64,000 bases of DNA, taken from Carcharhinus longimanus. Its lineage: Eukaryota. Below are positions 1-14,199 of this stretch, in pieces. The stretch spans positions 40,368,182 through 40,432,181 of the forward strand of contig JASCQW010000190.1 of assembly GCA_030264375.1 (NCBI GenBank), written 5' to 3'. The first letter of the stretch is position 1, and each line of letters begins with the position of its first letter. The position numbers and the translations under genes are program-made. The notes below the pieces were generated by a model, which was not told where the DNA came from, searched no databases, and saw only the letters and a program-made list of their open reading frames with translations.

Positions 1-2859
1 AAAGCATGCTAGATCTTTGGGGGCAGTTTTAAACAAGATCAGCAGCAAAGACCATCTCTCTGCCGCTGATCACAAAATCTGAGCCAATCCAATTTCTCCC
101 ACAGAGTTAGGAACGGATAGAGTACACTCCTGGTTAAAGTAATTAATGAAAATTTCATACTTTATAAAATAGTGGCAAGAACAGTTTCAGAACAAAAAAC
201 TGAGGCGGGGAGTTTCCACCCCATGGCAGGCAGGAGCGGAAAATATGAGAAGACTTAAATTTCGGTTTTGTCATTATGAAACCTGTTCGCAATCATCCAT
301 TCCACCCATCAAGGGTGGGCTACATTTCCCACACAGCATGTTGGAACTGTCATTTTAATACATTTGCATCTCATTATACACACTTCTCATCAGATGCAAC
401 CCCCACACTGAATCAGGCCACGTTGACATACAATTAGAATGATATGTTTCACAGTGGTACATAAAATGTGTGCACTACCAACCTGCACTTCATCACTTTG
501 AGGTTAGTTCACCTGTCCTGAATCATGCAGGAATCAGTATCAGGCTTCACAAGCAGCACCACATCACTTTCAGGGGTAGCCACAGATATCTGTCTACCAG
601 GCCAGTAATAAGACGGGGTAGTTTTGTATGGACTGCAGAGTTAGGCCACCACTAAGGAAGAGGGCAGCTGGCCTCAAGCCGAAGAAGGGGCTGTTGGGTT
701 GAGCTTTACTGGGGGTGTTGACTAGGGAAGGTTGCTAGGGATGTTTAGCAGGAGAAGGGAGGGGGGTAGGTGTGAGGCAGGAGGAGGATGGGGATGTATG
801 TTAAACAGTGTAAATAGCCTCAAGATGGGGCTGAATGAGGTCCACATGGGCCATAGGCTTCCACTTCAAAGTCAGACATTCATCAGAAGAACAATGGGAT
901 AAAGGAATACAGGTATGGATGGATAGATCTGTGAGGAAGGGTAACCAGAACATGAAGGTCCTCTGGGAAGGTGGAAGGGATTTCCAAACAAAGAGGGTCC
1001 AAGCTGGTCTGGCAGTGAGAGTTCAGCACCACCACCTTCCAACCTGTAGTGTTGGCACAGTACAAAATTAAAATAAGAAGCTCTGCCGGTGAAGGCTTTG
1101 TGGGTGGACTGGAGGGCAGATACATGTGCTGCTTACAATGACCCGCAACTGAACTGTGCATTTCCAACTGAGCAAGAGGCACAGCTGAAACATGACAGGA
1201 ATCTTTCAATGACAGTGCAGGGAATGAGGAAAGTCAAGCAATGATGCCCACTCATGAGAGAATAATCTCACAAAGTGACATAACCTTTCTCTGTGTTTTA
1301 ACTCCTTATTCGCAGCATGGAAATTCCCCAGTGTAATAAGGAGCTCCACAAACTGGCAAATGGACAAGCTCCAGATGCCTGTCACAAAGTTGACACTAGA
1401 TGCTACACTGAAGAGAAGCCTCAGGCCCTCTCAAATAATCTCAATTTCTGAATGAACATTTACTTTCCTGTTTATTCCTAAGTTCACTATAGTGCAGGAA
1501 ATGAGTGTGCACCGCCTGCACTGAAAGCAGCATATGAAAGCTCCTGGCCAAAGCAATATTGTGGCAGTCTGTCACATTGAAAGTGGAGGGGGGCTATAAT
1601 CTCAATACATACCCCGCACTAGCCATCATTTCAGATTGGGAGTATAGTATGACAGGGGAGCAAAGCCCTAGAATCCAAATTCATTGACGATTCATTGAAA
1701 AAAATGAGGAGTTTTGGAAACTAATGATGATACTTCTCGATTTCTCATTGATACTGCAAAGAGGGGACCATCAGGAAGATGGAGCTGAATTTATTGCTTC
1801 CTGTATTTTCACGGTCAGGCGGTAAAGAAGAAGACTCTGACAAAAGCACCTGGATTGCCAAAGGGGGATGCAACACCCACTAAAGGCCTGTATGATTTTG
1901 GTGCTAACGAATGCTGGAAGGGATTTAAGTCTGTGAGGCCTTTAAGGCTTAAGTTGGATAGATAGCTGTTAAGAATTATACCTTTTCATGTTCAAGTATC
2001 CCATTTGGCAAAAGTTCCGCTATTTCTTTTTGTTGCATTCAAAATGTTTTATTAACGAAAGTTTGTTTTGATAAAAACTTTGTGAGTCAATAAAAAGCAC
2101 ACCTGGAGGGAAACACCTCATGTCACACTAATGCCAAAAAAAATCAAATAAAGTTGGGGGCCTCGGCTAACTTCATGATAACATACCTTGGAGTTTCTAA
2201 TTTGGTCCCTAACTCCCATGAGAGCAACATTTGCAATAAATGGAATGGGGGGGGGCTGGGAAGAGGCCGGGGGTACAGATACGCACAGGGACCATGGCAT
2301 CACACCTGATTTGACAGTAATAGAGCTTACCATAAAAGGGAAGCCTACACAACATGAAATACAAAATGGGTACTATTTGATTCACAGTTGTGTACATGAT
2401 ATACACGTTGTGAACACTCGTACAACATTGTGCTCCTAAATATATGTTTAGCTTTCCTAATCTCACTGCTACATCAAGAAGTACCATCATTAGTTTCCAA
2501 AATTCCTGACATACAGAGGTGGAGTCAGCTTACTGGCTTCTACACTCTATTGTCTGTGATGACCTTGGCATGTGAGCTCTGGTGGCCTGAGACTTGGAGG
2601 ATCCCAAGGTTGGGTATCCTGCTACGGAACAGGTGCACTCTCCTTGGTCAGTGGAGCTAGACGTGGTAGGTTCGTAAGAAGAGAAGAGGAGTTTTGAATT
2701 GTTTAGAATCCTGGAGTCGCCCAGCTGGATGGCCTCAGGATATCCAGCTGCTAGTCCTCCTCCCTCTGGGTGCCCAAGTGTCGCTGGCTGATTCCTTGAA
2801 AAGGGGCAGCTGGAGTGAGATGTAGCCGCTGATGGATGCCACAAAGGGCTACAGGGATA

Positions 2860-3210
2860 GACTGCTGTTCCTGCGGTAGTGCAGGAAGTGCCTCATTATT
2901 GGAGTGCCATCTTTCAGACAAGATGTTAAACTGAGCCAAGCCTTCTTTCTAAGATGGACGCAAAATATCTCAGGGTACTAGTTCGGTAAGAAAGGGAGTT
3001 ATCTACAATGTCCTTAGCAATACTTAGTTCTCAAATAAACATCACAAAACCAATTATTGGGGCATTATCACATTCCTGTTTTCTGTGCAAATTGAGTGTC
3101 GCGTTTCCAATATTTCATGAGTAACTACACTTCATAAGGTACTTCATTGACTGTAACATGCTTTGGGACATCCTGAAATCATTGGTGCCATGTATATGTA
3201 AGTCGTTCTT
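2860..3210 (+). mobile_element. Deu-domain SINE (SacSINE1/AmnSINE-like), degenerate
   Basis: Deu core-like gccatctttcagacaagatgttaaac...gtccttagcaatacttagttctcaa and L2-like tail gctttgggacatcctga...gtaagtcgttcttt. Confidence 0.65.
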
Positions 3211-6200
3211 TTGTACAACATTGCAGATAACATTAAGACGCAACAATATTCAGTTTTGGTAATTTATCTAATTTTGTAGAATGCTTTTTTGAGTTTCATC
3301 AATGGATTTTCTACCTACGCAGATGTGGAAGGTTGCAATATATGAGTTAAAGAAGATTTAGACTCCTTAGTGACTGAAACAATAAGAAACTTCTGGAGGC
3401 ATGTTATCCCAATGATTTTCCTTCAATGGATGGAAGCTAAATTTAAATTACTTCAGTCTGTCATTAACCTCTTTGTGTTGAAGATGATTCTTTCTGGTAG
3501 ATGATTGGATGGAATTGAGATGTCAGTGTTGACTGTGGATTCACAGATGGTTGTGAGCCCTATCTTAGCCTTGCAGGCGCTCCCACAGTGAGGACACTGT
3601 TTGTCAGCCAGAAGAGATAGTGGCAGACTGTTGACTCAAGCAACTGTCCTCCCTTTCTCTCTCTTTTGCCGTTCTCTCTGTATTTGTTGATTGGAAGATC
3701 CTGACATCATTTTTGATGATGAATCACCTGCTTCCCATGTGTTGGCATTAATAGAGCAGAACTTCATGGAGGCTTTAGACGTATGAACAAATAATTTCCT
3801 TAATCATATGCTGATGAACTAATGGGAGGAAAACTTTCTTTCTGCTGCCTGTAAGGTTCTATGTGAAATAATGTTGGGAAATCTCAATCCAATTTCCATT
3901 GGCCTACAGCATAAAACAACCTTAATTCAGCACTAATCGTCAATTTTGTTTGAACAGGCTACAGAATGGATAGCTTGGGAAATAGAAAAATATCAAACTG
4001 GTCTAAGGAGGAGTGTACATGAGGTTGGGAAGAAGTATTTTGTTCCTTCTGTACCCAAGTGCCGTATACCTGAATTGAAGGTACTGAAACTATGTGCCTG
4101 AAATCAAAAGTGTCCCATTCCCCAGCACTCTCATCCTATAATTTTGAGAAAAAAAGAACAATTTACAAATCAATAAATTTTGCTCCAACCTATGAAGATT
4201 TCAAATGAAGTATTTTGAAGAAGAAATAATCTCAAAGAGTAATGCTCAAGACAAACAAATACCAATCATTTTTCAAATTAATTCAGCTCATTCGACATTT
4301 TTTTTCATGTCTGCTGAATGCTGGGAAGTCCATGTAACTTTGTGCCTTCTATAATCAGTATTTTAATTCCAAAAGACCTAACCACAAAGTTTCAGGTTGT
4401 GTTCTCCTCACCAACTGATGGATTTCCTCAGCTCACCAGTTACAAAGCTGGAAGTGCTACAATCTGCCTGGTCCATTTGATAACATTTGCATAGCTACTC
4501 ATTCTACCACTCAAGGATGAACAGTTTTAAAACACCTTTTAAGATTTGAAATCAAAAATGTGCCTTTTTAGTCTAGCAGTTTCTAAAACAAAATTAAAAA
4601 TTGCCGATTTCAATGGAGCCATGTAAAGGATTTTTTTTAAGAGCAAATAAAAACCATCCCAAAACAAAGGATGAAAATCACCTTGCATCATTCCAGATGC
4701 CTTCTAGCAAGTATATTATGAAAGGCATGATCAGAAAGTATAAAGCAAGCTACTCATCCCCTTTCTCAGCTTGGGAAAATAGTGCAGAGAAGAAGAAAAG
4801 GGGACACATGATGCTTAAAATAAATTTAAATTCTAATTGTATAGAACCAATAAAATCAACAACTATTTTATTTTTAATTATTGAAGGTATGTCCAACAGC
4901 TTTCCTACCATACCCATAAGGTTTGTGACCAAGTGGTTTATGGTAATACACTTGTTTCACCATTATTTGTCACTGAATCCTCCTTCCAAGAGATTAATAA
5001 AATATCTGAAGATATGCATATATGTTTTTAGTCACAAAACAAACGATGGAACTAAAAAATCATTTTAAAACCGATTAGCGAAATAAAAGGGGTCAATCAC
5101 CTTTTGAAAGAGCCAAAGGCAGATCACATAACTTACTGGTTGGCATGAAAACAGAAACACCATTGTGCTTGTAGTACTCCTCATTAAAACTAAATCAAAC
5201 TTAAATTAATGAAAAAACATTTAATTATGAGTGTTATAAATAGAATATGCAGCAAAGGTCAGTGAATTATGATTTTTATTTCCATTCTTGAGACAGGCCA
5301 TAATTTATCTGAACTGTTTATGGTCATAACTTATCGAGTCTGCCTCATTTGTGGAAGTAAAAATGTCTCACTGCCCTCTGTAGCATGACCTCAACATATT
5401 GGTTTTAAGTTTCATTTAGTTAATGGTATGAATACATAATTGTAAAAATTTCACTTAACAAAATCACATAATGCTCTAACTCAATAAATAATGTCAGCAT
5501 TGCAACAATTCAGTTTAATTCAATTTTTCTTGTTTCTTCATTAGATTATGCTGTTTTGCTAAGTAATGGACATTGCTCATAACTGTACTGCTTTCAAAAG
5601 TGCTTTGAATATAGTGCATAAAATGCACTTTTCAGGTCTACTGTATAATAAATCAACAAAATATGCAAATAATTTCAGATACTTCATAATTTTAAACAAT
5701 TATATTTAACTAAGAGATATGTTAAGTAAGACAGTGTTAAAATAACATCTTCTGGTGCTTTAAGTAAGAAAGTATGAAACATCTCACGTTATTATTGCAT
5801 ATACATGGGTTCTGTTTCGGCACCATCCAGAATAAACACAAATTTTCATGATTAATTTGTTGCCATCCATCAGCTATTTTAATCATAGGTGCATCAACTA
5901 AAATGGATATATTTTGGTCATGTGACTTAATTCCGTTATGGCTTGACTGCACTAAATGGGAACTACATCACAATGAGACCTCTGATCGCTCTGAGCATTT
6001 CATGTGGTAATCTGTTAAGTAGTTGTTACGTCATAATGTCTCCCTCAGGATTTCTAAAATGCTGCCACATTCTAAGAATCAAGCATACTTAGCAATTCGT
6101 ACTTACTCCTACCTTTTTTATTAAATGCACAATATAAACAATTAGAACCAGCACAATTCAGTTGCGTGTTTTGCAGGAAATAAAACTTTTTTTATGTATT

Positions 6201-6844
6201 AGACTGTTTTACAGTTAAGGTCAGCTAAATTACCTGTAATATTTTTAAAAAGGCACTATATATAATACTGTTTTGCATATTTTGAAGAGCTTGCCATCAT
6301 TATGGTCACATATCATAAACAACTTTTATTTAAAAAAAAGCACAACTGCCTGCCTTATACATTTCTTGCTTCCAATCAAAAATAAGCTCCTTTTTTCCTG
6401 TCTTTTGATGAAGATAGCAATTTACGTTGGAATGCAGCTGCAACAACAACAATTTTCCTCAGTCAAACGAATACTCTATCTGTGATGCCAAAAGAGTATC
6501 AACCATCATGGCAAAACCAAACTCAATCCTGCCCTGACATCCAGACACTCATATGTTCCTGCACGGAACACTGCATAGCAATCAGGAGTAAGAAAACTGC
6601 CAATTTTTCTTCTCTCTCCTGCACATAGTGAGAACGGTGCCTTATTCCAACTGGGGAAGGTAGCTGAATGTGAACCTGAAATTGAACCAGACCACACTTA
6701 AGGTGCAGTTGTTCACTCAGCCATTAGAGAAACCCAAAAAAACCCTTAAAAATTGTAATCTGCAAAAAGGCAACTGCTATATCCTCAACACAAGAACCTG
6801 CCATTAATTTGGAAAATGGTGGGTACGTCTAGTGTTCAAAAACA

Positions 6845-7200
6845 CAAGACATATTTAGATTTATATAGCACCTTTCATGGATGTCTCAAAGTATTTTCTA
6901 GGCAATGAAGTACTTTTGAAGTTGTAACATAGAAACAAAGGCAGCCAAATTGCACACAGCAAACTCCCAAAAACAGCACTGCAATGATGATCACATAACT
7001 TAGTTTTTTTGTTATGTTGACTGAGGGCTAGATATTGACCAGGACACTGGAGAATAACTCCCTGTTCTTTACTAAAAGTGGTGGCATTGAATTTTTTTTT
7101 ACGTCAATCTGAGATGACAGAGTACTCCTTCACTACTGTACTTGAATGTCAGCCTTGATTTTTGTGCTCAGGTGCTGGAGTGGGACTTTAACCCATAATT
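6845..7200 (-). mobile_element. Deu-domain SINE
   Basis: Reverse complement of the same family (atttatatagcacctttcat...gatattgaccaggacactggagaataactccc...gtgggactttaaccc). Confidence 0.7.
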
Positions 7201-7660
7201 TTGCAAATTGCGTGGAGGGTGTGGAAAGTCTGCAGAGATCTGGATAGGCTGAGTGAGTGGGCGAGGACCTGACAGATGGAGTATGTCAGCAAGTGTGTGG
7301 TTATCCTCTTTGGCAGAAATAATAGTAGGAGGGACTATTATTTAAAAGGCGAAAAGCTGCAGCATGCTACGGTGCAGAGGGACCTGGGGGTCCTTGTGCA
7401 TGAATCGCAAAAACCCAGTCTGCAGGTGCAGCAGGTGATCAAGAAGGCNNNNNNNNNNNNNNNNNNNNNNNNNNNNNNNNNNNNNNNNNNNNNNNNNNNN
7501 NNNNNNNNNNNNNNNNNNNNNNNNNNNNNNNNNNNNNNNNNNNNNNNNGAAAGTGGAACTGATCCACTTCAGATCAGCCATGATCTTATTGAATGGCGGG
7601 GCAGGCTCAAAGGGCTAGATGGCCCACTCCTTCTCCTGTTTCTTATGTTCTAATGTTCTT
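7200..7660 (+). mobile_element. CR1 LINE 3' fragment spanning a gap
   Basis: KCVVILFGRNN...QRDLGVLVHES (CR1 ORF2 C-terminal region) and 3' tail ttcttatgttctaatgttct. Confidence 0.9.
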
Positions 7661-7924
7661 AATTTTATGATTCAGAGGCTAGCATCTGAACCATGGCTGA
7701 CATATATTTTGTAGCATCAGATTTGGTTTCCAATCGTAAAGGGAAGATTCTTGAACTGGAAGAATAGCATCGGCTGATTCATGATCCTTTAAACATAGAT
7801 TTCTCTTGAGGGGCCACTGGACTTGCCCTGTGGAGCTCCATGATAAATTTTCAATGCATATCTCTGGTGTGAACACTACCATCTCCAGAATTAAGCTGGA
7901 AACCATAAAACGTCATCAGAAAGA

Positions 7925-8050
7925 TCATAAGATCATTGAACTAAAATATTAACTGTTTCCCTCTTCAGAGATGCTGCTAGGCCTGCTAATCATTTCTAGC
8001 ATTTTCTGTTGTTATTTCTGATTGCTGGCATCTGCTGTAATTTTGCTTTT
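7925..8050 (+). repeat. Shark interspersed repeat (Penelope-like terminal fragment); a second copy lies at ~43635-43800 on minus
   Basis: ttaactgtttccctcttcagagatgctgctaggcctgctaatcatttctagcattttctg matches the reverse complement of 43635-43800; the family assignment is from recall. Confidence 0.55.
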
Positions 8051-9329
8051 GTGTTAATATGTGAGTCACCTATCCTCTTTATTGTTGCTTCTGTGTACAC
8101 TTTGATCTCCTAACCAACATTTAGCCAAAATGTAAGAAGGGGAATTTGATCTGCATTGATGAATCAAGCATCTACTGATGATCTCCTTCCCATTCTACGT
8201 GGTTTATCAAATTTGCTGTTATAGGACCCTGCGTTAACAAAATTTCACCAACATTGGTCTCAATAAGCTGCACCACAATTACTCACACATCAGAGCTTTA
8301 GATCGATAAATATTGATGGATGTAATTAGAAGCTATGTATTGTTAGTTCACCACCCAAAATCTATCCCATCAATCTCGCAAAAGAAAATACTGATCTGCT
8401 GATATGTTTTGTTATTTAACAAATAAAACTAACACTCTCCCTACAGTTTTGAAAACAAATTAGTTGCAGATATCTTTGCAGTCAAATACAAAAAATTATT
8501 CAATAACAGTAACATTTAAAACCAACTATGTGTATTCACTAATATAGTCATGTTCCTTTACTTTTAAGGCATATGAATTACTTTATAAAAATAAAAGTTA
8601 TCATACAAATTTACAGTAATGATCAGTGTGTCATAATTAGCAACGTCAACTGGGATGTACAAATAACTGCTCATGGTATAATTTTATATTTTATCATTTG
8701 TTGTGTGGAAATATATATGATCATACTCCAAAAAAGAGCAACATAAATTATAATATCACTGTAATGTTATACAGGAAGTGCACAAGCACCATTTACTGAA
8801 TCATGTACAGCTAAAGTAGTAATTTCAGTTCAACCATATTTTAAACCAAGGCAGCTCTGACTCAGAAACACATTATGGCCAGGCAGTATAATAATCATCA
8901 AGGAGTCAGAATGTCTGTTGGTCACCAACATATGATTTACAATATCAACCAAAAAACTTTATTTTTCAGTCTAAAATTATTGGGCCACTTGATGTCAACT
9001 CAATGAAAATTCATCAGTCTTGATGGCCTTCTACAAGTGAATCTTGGCGATAAAATGTAAGTGAGCAAAAAGCAGCAAAAGTGCCAAGAGCTTAGTTTTC
9101 TATATCAAATGCCATTCTGAGCACCAATACCCTCAAATGACATGAGTGAAACTGTAAATCAGAGGTTGGCGGGCAAAGGACAGAGTTAACTTGTTTAGGC
9201 ATGTGGAAGGAAAGCAGGCAAGGAAGGGAAAGTACATTGGAAGGAAGGATCTTTGTAGCCCATGAAGTTGAAGTCAGTAATTATTTTATTGTGCCCAAAA
9301 AGTTAACCAACATTGTCTCACAAACAATA

Positions 9330-9630
9330 AATAACCTAATAATTTGTTTTAATGATAATAGTGGAGGGATAAATGTCAGCCAGAACATCAAATGAACTCT
9401 CCTGCTCTCTTTTGAATACGGCAATAGGATCTTGCATGTCCACGTGAGAAAACAGATAAGGCCTCTGTTTAATGTTTCATTGGAAATTTGCCACTTCTAA
9501 CACTGTAGCACTCTACTGGTTCTGCATTGAAGTATCACCCTATGTATGTGTTCCGTCTCTGTAAATGGACTCGAACCCAGGACTTTCTACCTTAATGGTG
9601 AGAATGTTGCCACAGAGCCAAGGCTCAGCT
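9330..9630 (-). mobile_element. Deu-domain SINE fragment
   Basis: gagggataaatgtcagccagaacatc...ggatcttgcatgtccacgtgaga...ggactcgaaccc (reverse B-box). Confidence 0.6.
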
Positions 9631-10084
9631 AGCAGCATTATTGGCTTGTTTACTGTTTGTGGGACAATGCTGAGCACAAATTGATTGCTCTGTTTGGGCA
9701 TATTAAGACAATTACTGCACTTCAACTTACTTCCTGGGCCACAAAGATCCTTCCTTCCTTTTACCTTTGGAAGCAGTACATGGAGCAGTACATCAAAGGC
9801 TCAGGTGTCACAGCAAGGAGGATCCCAGTTTGCATGCCCATCATCATTTGCCAAAATCATGCTGCAGTTTATGCCAGAGGGATCTTATGGTCTTACTGAC
9901 AGCGCACCTGCCATGGGTTTCCCAGCGATGAAAAGTGCATTCAATGGGAAACCCAGTTGACAATGGCAATGCCAAGAGATCGCACCATCTGTGAGTGGTG
10001 TGCCACGTTCCGCCACCGTGCAACATGCAACAGAGGGGGAGGAAAATCATGCTCATGATAGAGGAATGATATTTCAAAAAGCTC

Positions 10085-10340
10085 AAGCTCATCATTGATG
10101 GTTTTCTAAAAAGACACAAGATAGGACATTTTTCTCTGGAACGTAGGAGGCTGACAGGTGATCTTATAGAGGTCTTTGGGCATAGATCAGCTAGATAGTT
10201 GATGTCTTTTCCCAAAAATAGGTGAATCTAAAAATAGAGGGCAAAGGTGAGAAGGGAGAGATACAAAAGAGTCCAGGGGGCAATTTTTTTCATACAGAGA
10301 GTGATGAGTGTCTGGAACAAGCTGCCAGAGGTGGCTACAA
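10085..10340 (+). mobile_element. CR1 LINE 3' fragment
   Basis: LERRRLTGDLIEVF...FFFIQRVMSVWNKLP, the CR1 ORF2 tail. Confidence 0.8.
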
Positions 10341-10389
10341 TACGACTTGATTCATGAGGAGATAGATATCAATTGTAATGCATAGATAT

Positions 10390-10620
10390 TGAATGTCACT
10401 GCTGGCTTTAACTTTTATGCCACATGGACCTCTCAGGCTTCTGTAGGAAAGACCTCAGATATTAGCTATTTCACTCTGTGCCATTCCATTGAGGAGGTAA
10501 TTGAAGCATCACCATGCACTTCACAAAGTATACCTCATTAGAAATTCATACCAACATTCAGCATTTTTTCCCCAAACATGGCTTCCCCAAAGTTCAACAC
10601 ATAATTGACCCATTCAGCCA
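10390..10620 (+). pseudogene. PIF/Harbinger transposase remnant
   Basis: Translates NVTAGFNFYATWTSQASVGKTSDISYFTLCHSIEEVIEA ... GFPKVQHIID, matching the HARBI1-type KVTAALNFYATGSFQ and GFP.VQG.IDCTH motifs. Confidence 0.7.
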
Positions 10621-11203
10621 TTTTGCATCCACCACAAATGCTACTTCAGAAGTAAATAGGTAGTAACTATTCCACCATAATACAAATTGCATGCGATTGG
10701 AACGTCCACCACAACAACAATGGGACCCTGGAGTGTAACAGGCAGTACTTCTACCTGTGCACTGTGAAGTTCCAGGTAAATCAGAGCACGTAGACAGGGA
10801 GGAAGGGTTGAACTGGGTCCTTAGATACAGCTATAGTAGCACCATCTTGAGGTCCTAGAACAATGATATTGTGAAAAAAAATGAGAAAGTAAGATCAGTT
10901 CTGTCTGGGAGGGGTATGAGGTAGTGTGGGAGGATCACTGTGCTGGGCTATGGGCTCCTTCTTGGGACATGCTCTCACTTGGTGGTAGTGCTATAGTGGA
11001 CGGGATCCAAGTCAGTTACAAAAGGAGAGAGATCTTGTTGCCCAGTAACAACTGAAATTCAATCAATACATTCAGTGCTGTTGAAAGGATACATAGAACT
11101 CAATAGTGTTGCAATCCCAGTGGATGTTCTAACCGGATGGAAAGATCCCAGAATGGAACCATGGCTCAAAAGATCATAATTTTTAGGAAACATGGAGGAA
11201 CAG

Positions 11204-12224
11204 TGTTACAGAAATGCCAATTAGCTTTTAACAATAAAAAACGGTTTGACTATAATACAATACTCCTTCATGCCACCCACCCCCACCTCCAATCTTCACA
11301 AATATACACAAATTTTCAGGATAACACAGGTTACAAAATATATCTCATAGTATGTTCCCAGTGGACACACCATCCCTTTAAATGCACAGGCTAACTGTGG
11401 TTTGACACTCCATTCTGAAACTAAACGGTAGGCACCATCCAAGTGAATTTCTCCTCTAAGTCCCCCAGATGATTGTCATATAAATATTTGAACACTCCAT
11501 TCTCAAAAAGACACACTTTAAAACATTTTTTCAACCAATGCTTTCCATCAGCTGCTTTCATCATGGATCTGCCTCCAAGTTTTCCAACTCTCCTTTGAGG
11601 ATTCCTTTGTCTTGAATGTTTTTACACAAACTGTTGAGGTCCATTGACTGCTCCATAATTAGACAAGTTACTGATTCACAGGCTGTAGTAAGATATCACA
11701 AGTCACATTAGTTACCTTTCTGGTTTCTCACTAGCCAACTCCTTCTCGGCTCTGTATATGGCTTCAATGAACAATACTCTGTTCCAGATTCTTCTGTTCC
11801 TTTAACTTTAGGCTTCCTGGAAACTTCTCTTCATTTCTCTAGTTTCCTTAACTAGTTGTTCTTTAATTGTTCCTTGCCCCTTACTCCATTTTATGGCTTT
11901 TCTTCTAGCAGAGCAGAAAGAGAGATGTTCCTTTACCCCGCTAAGATCCTTGTACTCTGATTTCTAGTTAAAACTAAACATGAAAAGGGTATTTTCTTGA
12001 AAAGGTTGCCAGACAGCATCTTATTCTTTCCTCAAACTCATTTACTTGTCACTCCTAAGCACTTGAGACATAAAAGAAACATAGTTTGAACTGAAAGCAA
12101 AAACCCCACATATATCTTTGTTTAACATGAATCTAACTAGAGTCGTACCCTTTCCTACACAAAACACTAAATTAAATAAATCTATTCCTTCTTTCTATTA
12201 TTTAATGATACCTGTTTCTTTACA
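11204..12224. mobile_element. Possible solo LTR (~1.0 kb)
   Basis: Starts TGTTACA, ends TTTACA, flanked by ACAG/ATAG (imperfect 4-bp TSD); composition differs from the flanks. Confidence 0.4.
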
Positions 12225-13272
12225 ATAGTCTCAAAGTATAAGTTCAGTGTGCAGCCTTGGAGAATGGAGGCATTAGTATAGGAGGCACAAGTGTATTATA
12301 TCTGCCATCCCATCAATGAAGGGCAGACATGGGGTAACAATGAACACTATTCATTTCTGACCAATGAGTATTTGAAAGCTCATTGGAACGCCACTTCAAA
12401 CAATAAAATGCAGAGCTATTTTGGTTTATTTATTTCATTTACACCTAATAACTCCCACCAGAGGACTCCAGGTGTCACATCTCCAGAATGAAATGTTGCT
12501 CACCTCTATATAAGTGCTAGCATCTCAGGGGTGAGGCTGCATCAGGCACAATGCAATTAAGACACCCAAAGCTGTGTAGCCCACATTTCCCAAAGGTCTC
12601 TCAATCATAGCTTCCCTTCCTGAACTCCTTAACCATTGCTGTCTTTGATGTTTACTTTCAGAGAGAAGATAAAAGGACTAATGAATCCAGAGCTTAATGC
12701 TGCTTTTCCCAGTCCTCATTCAATGGAATCGGTGAAGGAGGGAGAGGCATTGGTTCACACAGCTCCAACAGGAGTCACTATCTAGGGTCAAGTGGCCAAG
12801 GAGAGCCTGAGCAATAATAGGAAGACAAGGTTAGACCTAGGCAGCAGAGACGATGTACCACACCAAGGGCTTATTGTTTTTCTTCTATTTACAAATGAGT
12901 GAGAGCAAGTGCCAGGCTCACTCGTGATTGTCCAGAGACCTCATGCATCACATATGCCACATTCTTTATGAAAACCTGATGCCAGATGGGGTTAGAGGCT
13001 TCTCCCTGCTCGTGGCTTTGAAGGTGCTGGCAGCACTCAATTTTTTTTGCCTCTAGGTCTTTCCAGGAATCAATGGGAATCAGAGCGGTAGCTCTCCTTT
13101 GCAACACATCACTGCATAAAAGGTCACCGATGCCCTTTACAGGAAGGCCCATCATTATATCAGGTTTGCTCTGGACGTGTATAGCCAGGCTCAAAGATTC
13201 ACTGCCTCGCAGCTACCAAAAGTATTCCACTACACTCATGTGGTTATTTGGGCTCCTTGGCAGCAGTACCTA

Positions 13273-13655
13273 ATTTTTTTTTCCAAAAATATACTTTATT
13301 CACGAAAATCTCAAATAAACCATTTCAAATCTACATGTCTATGAATTGCAAAATAGTGCAGAATTAAAATTTTTTACAGTTCTATACAAATTACAGTTAT
13401 TTCATTTCAATACTTAAAACTATATACATGCCTCAAAAATTACTGTGTGCCGTCATTGTTCAGATTGGCACACAGTTACGCAGGTCGAGGGTACTCTGCA
13501 GTTCCCGGGCCCTCGGTCTGCCTCCGTTAAAAGGCCTTACAATGTGGCCTTTCCTCATTGTGCCTTTGCGGCGGCTGCCCCAAGCTTCAGCGCTTCCCTC
13601 AGCACGTAGTCCTGGACCTTGGAATGTGCCAGTCTGCAACACTCGGTTGAGGACA
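13273..13655 (-). mobile_element. Tx1/L1-clade LINE 3' end
   Basis: Minus strand reads TECCRLAHSKVQDYVLREALKLGAAAAKAQ*GKATL*, then a 3' UTR with AATAAA and a poly(A) (T-run at ~13274). Confidence 0.8.
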
Positions 13656-14199
13656 GTTCTTTCAACTGGAAGATCAGCAAGTTTCACACAATACCTCAGA
13701 GGAAAGTGACATCAGTTCTTTAAGACACAGAGAGAGGAAACAGATAATGCTGTGAGGAGGAATAGAATAGTTACTATCAAGGTGGATCTTGCTGGTAATT
13801 TGATCTGAAAGACCTAGGCTGAGTGGAACAACATTTGAAGTGTGTTGGAAGTTTCAACCTAGTGTAGCAGGGAGAAGTGAGCCTGCTTGAAAACTCTGGA
13901 TTTTGGAGGGACTATTCCTTTTATGCTACAAATTTGCCAGTGGTGAGGTAAAACTGTTATAAGACTTACCACCATTGCATTAGTTAATCAATGCAGAAGG
14001 ATCCTTTCTTTCATTTGGTGTATTAATTGGCTGTTTAAATAATGTTTGATTTATGTTGATTTTAGTTTGTTTGTTATGGTTGAAGTCTTAAAATGTGAAA
14101 TTTCATCTGATTATTTTGATCAGTGACTGGAAATTTATCTCCTAAAAAGCTATCAATCTCTATGGGGCCTTTATTGATTGAAGGGATGATGATGCAAGT

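Noticed and set aside
4601-5068. 155-aa plus-strand ORF
   Set aside because: Non-ATG start, AT-rich composition, no recognisable domain or splice context.
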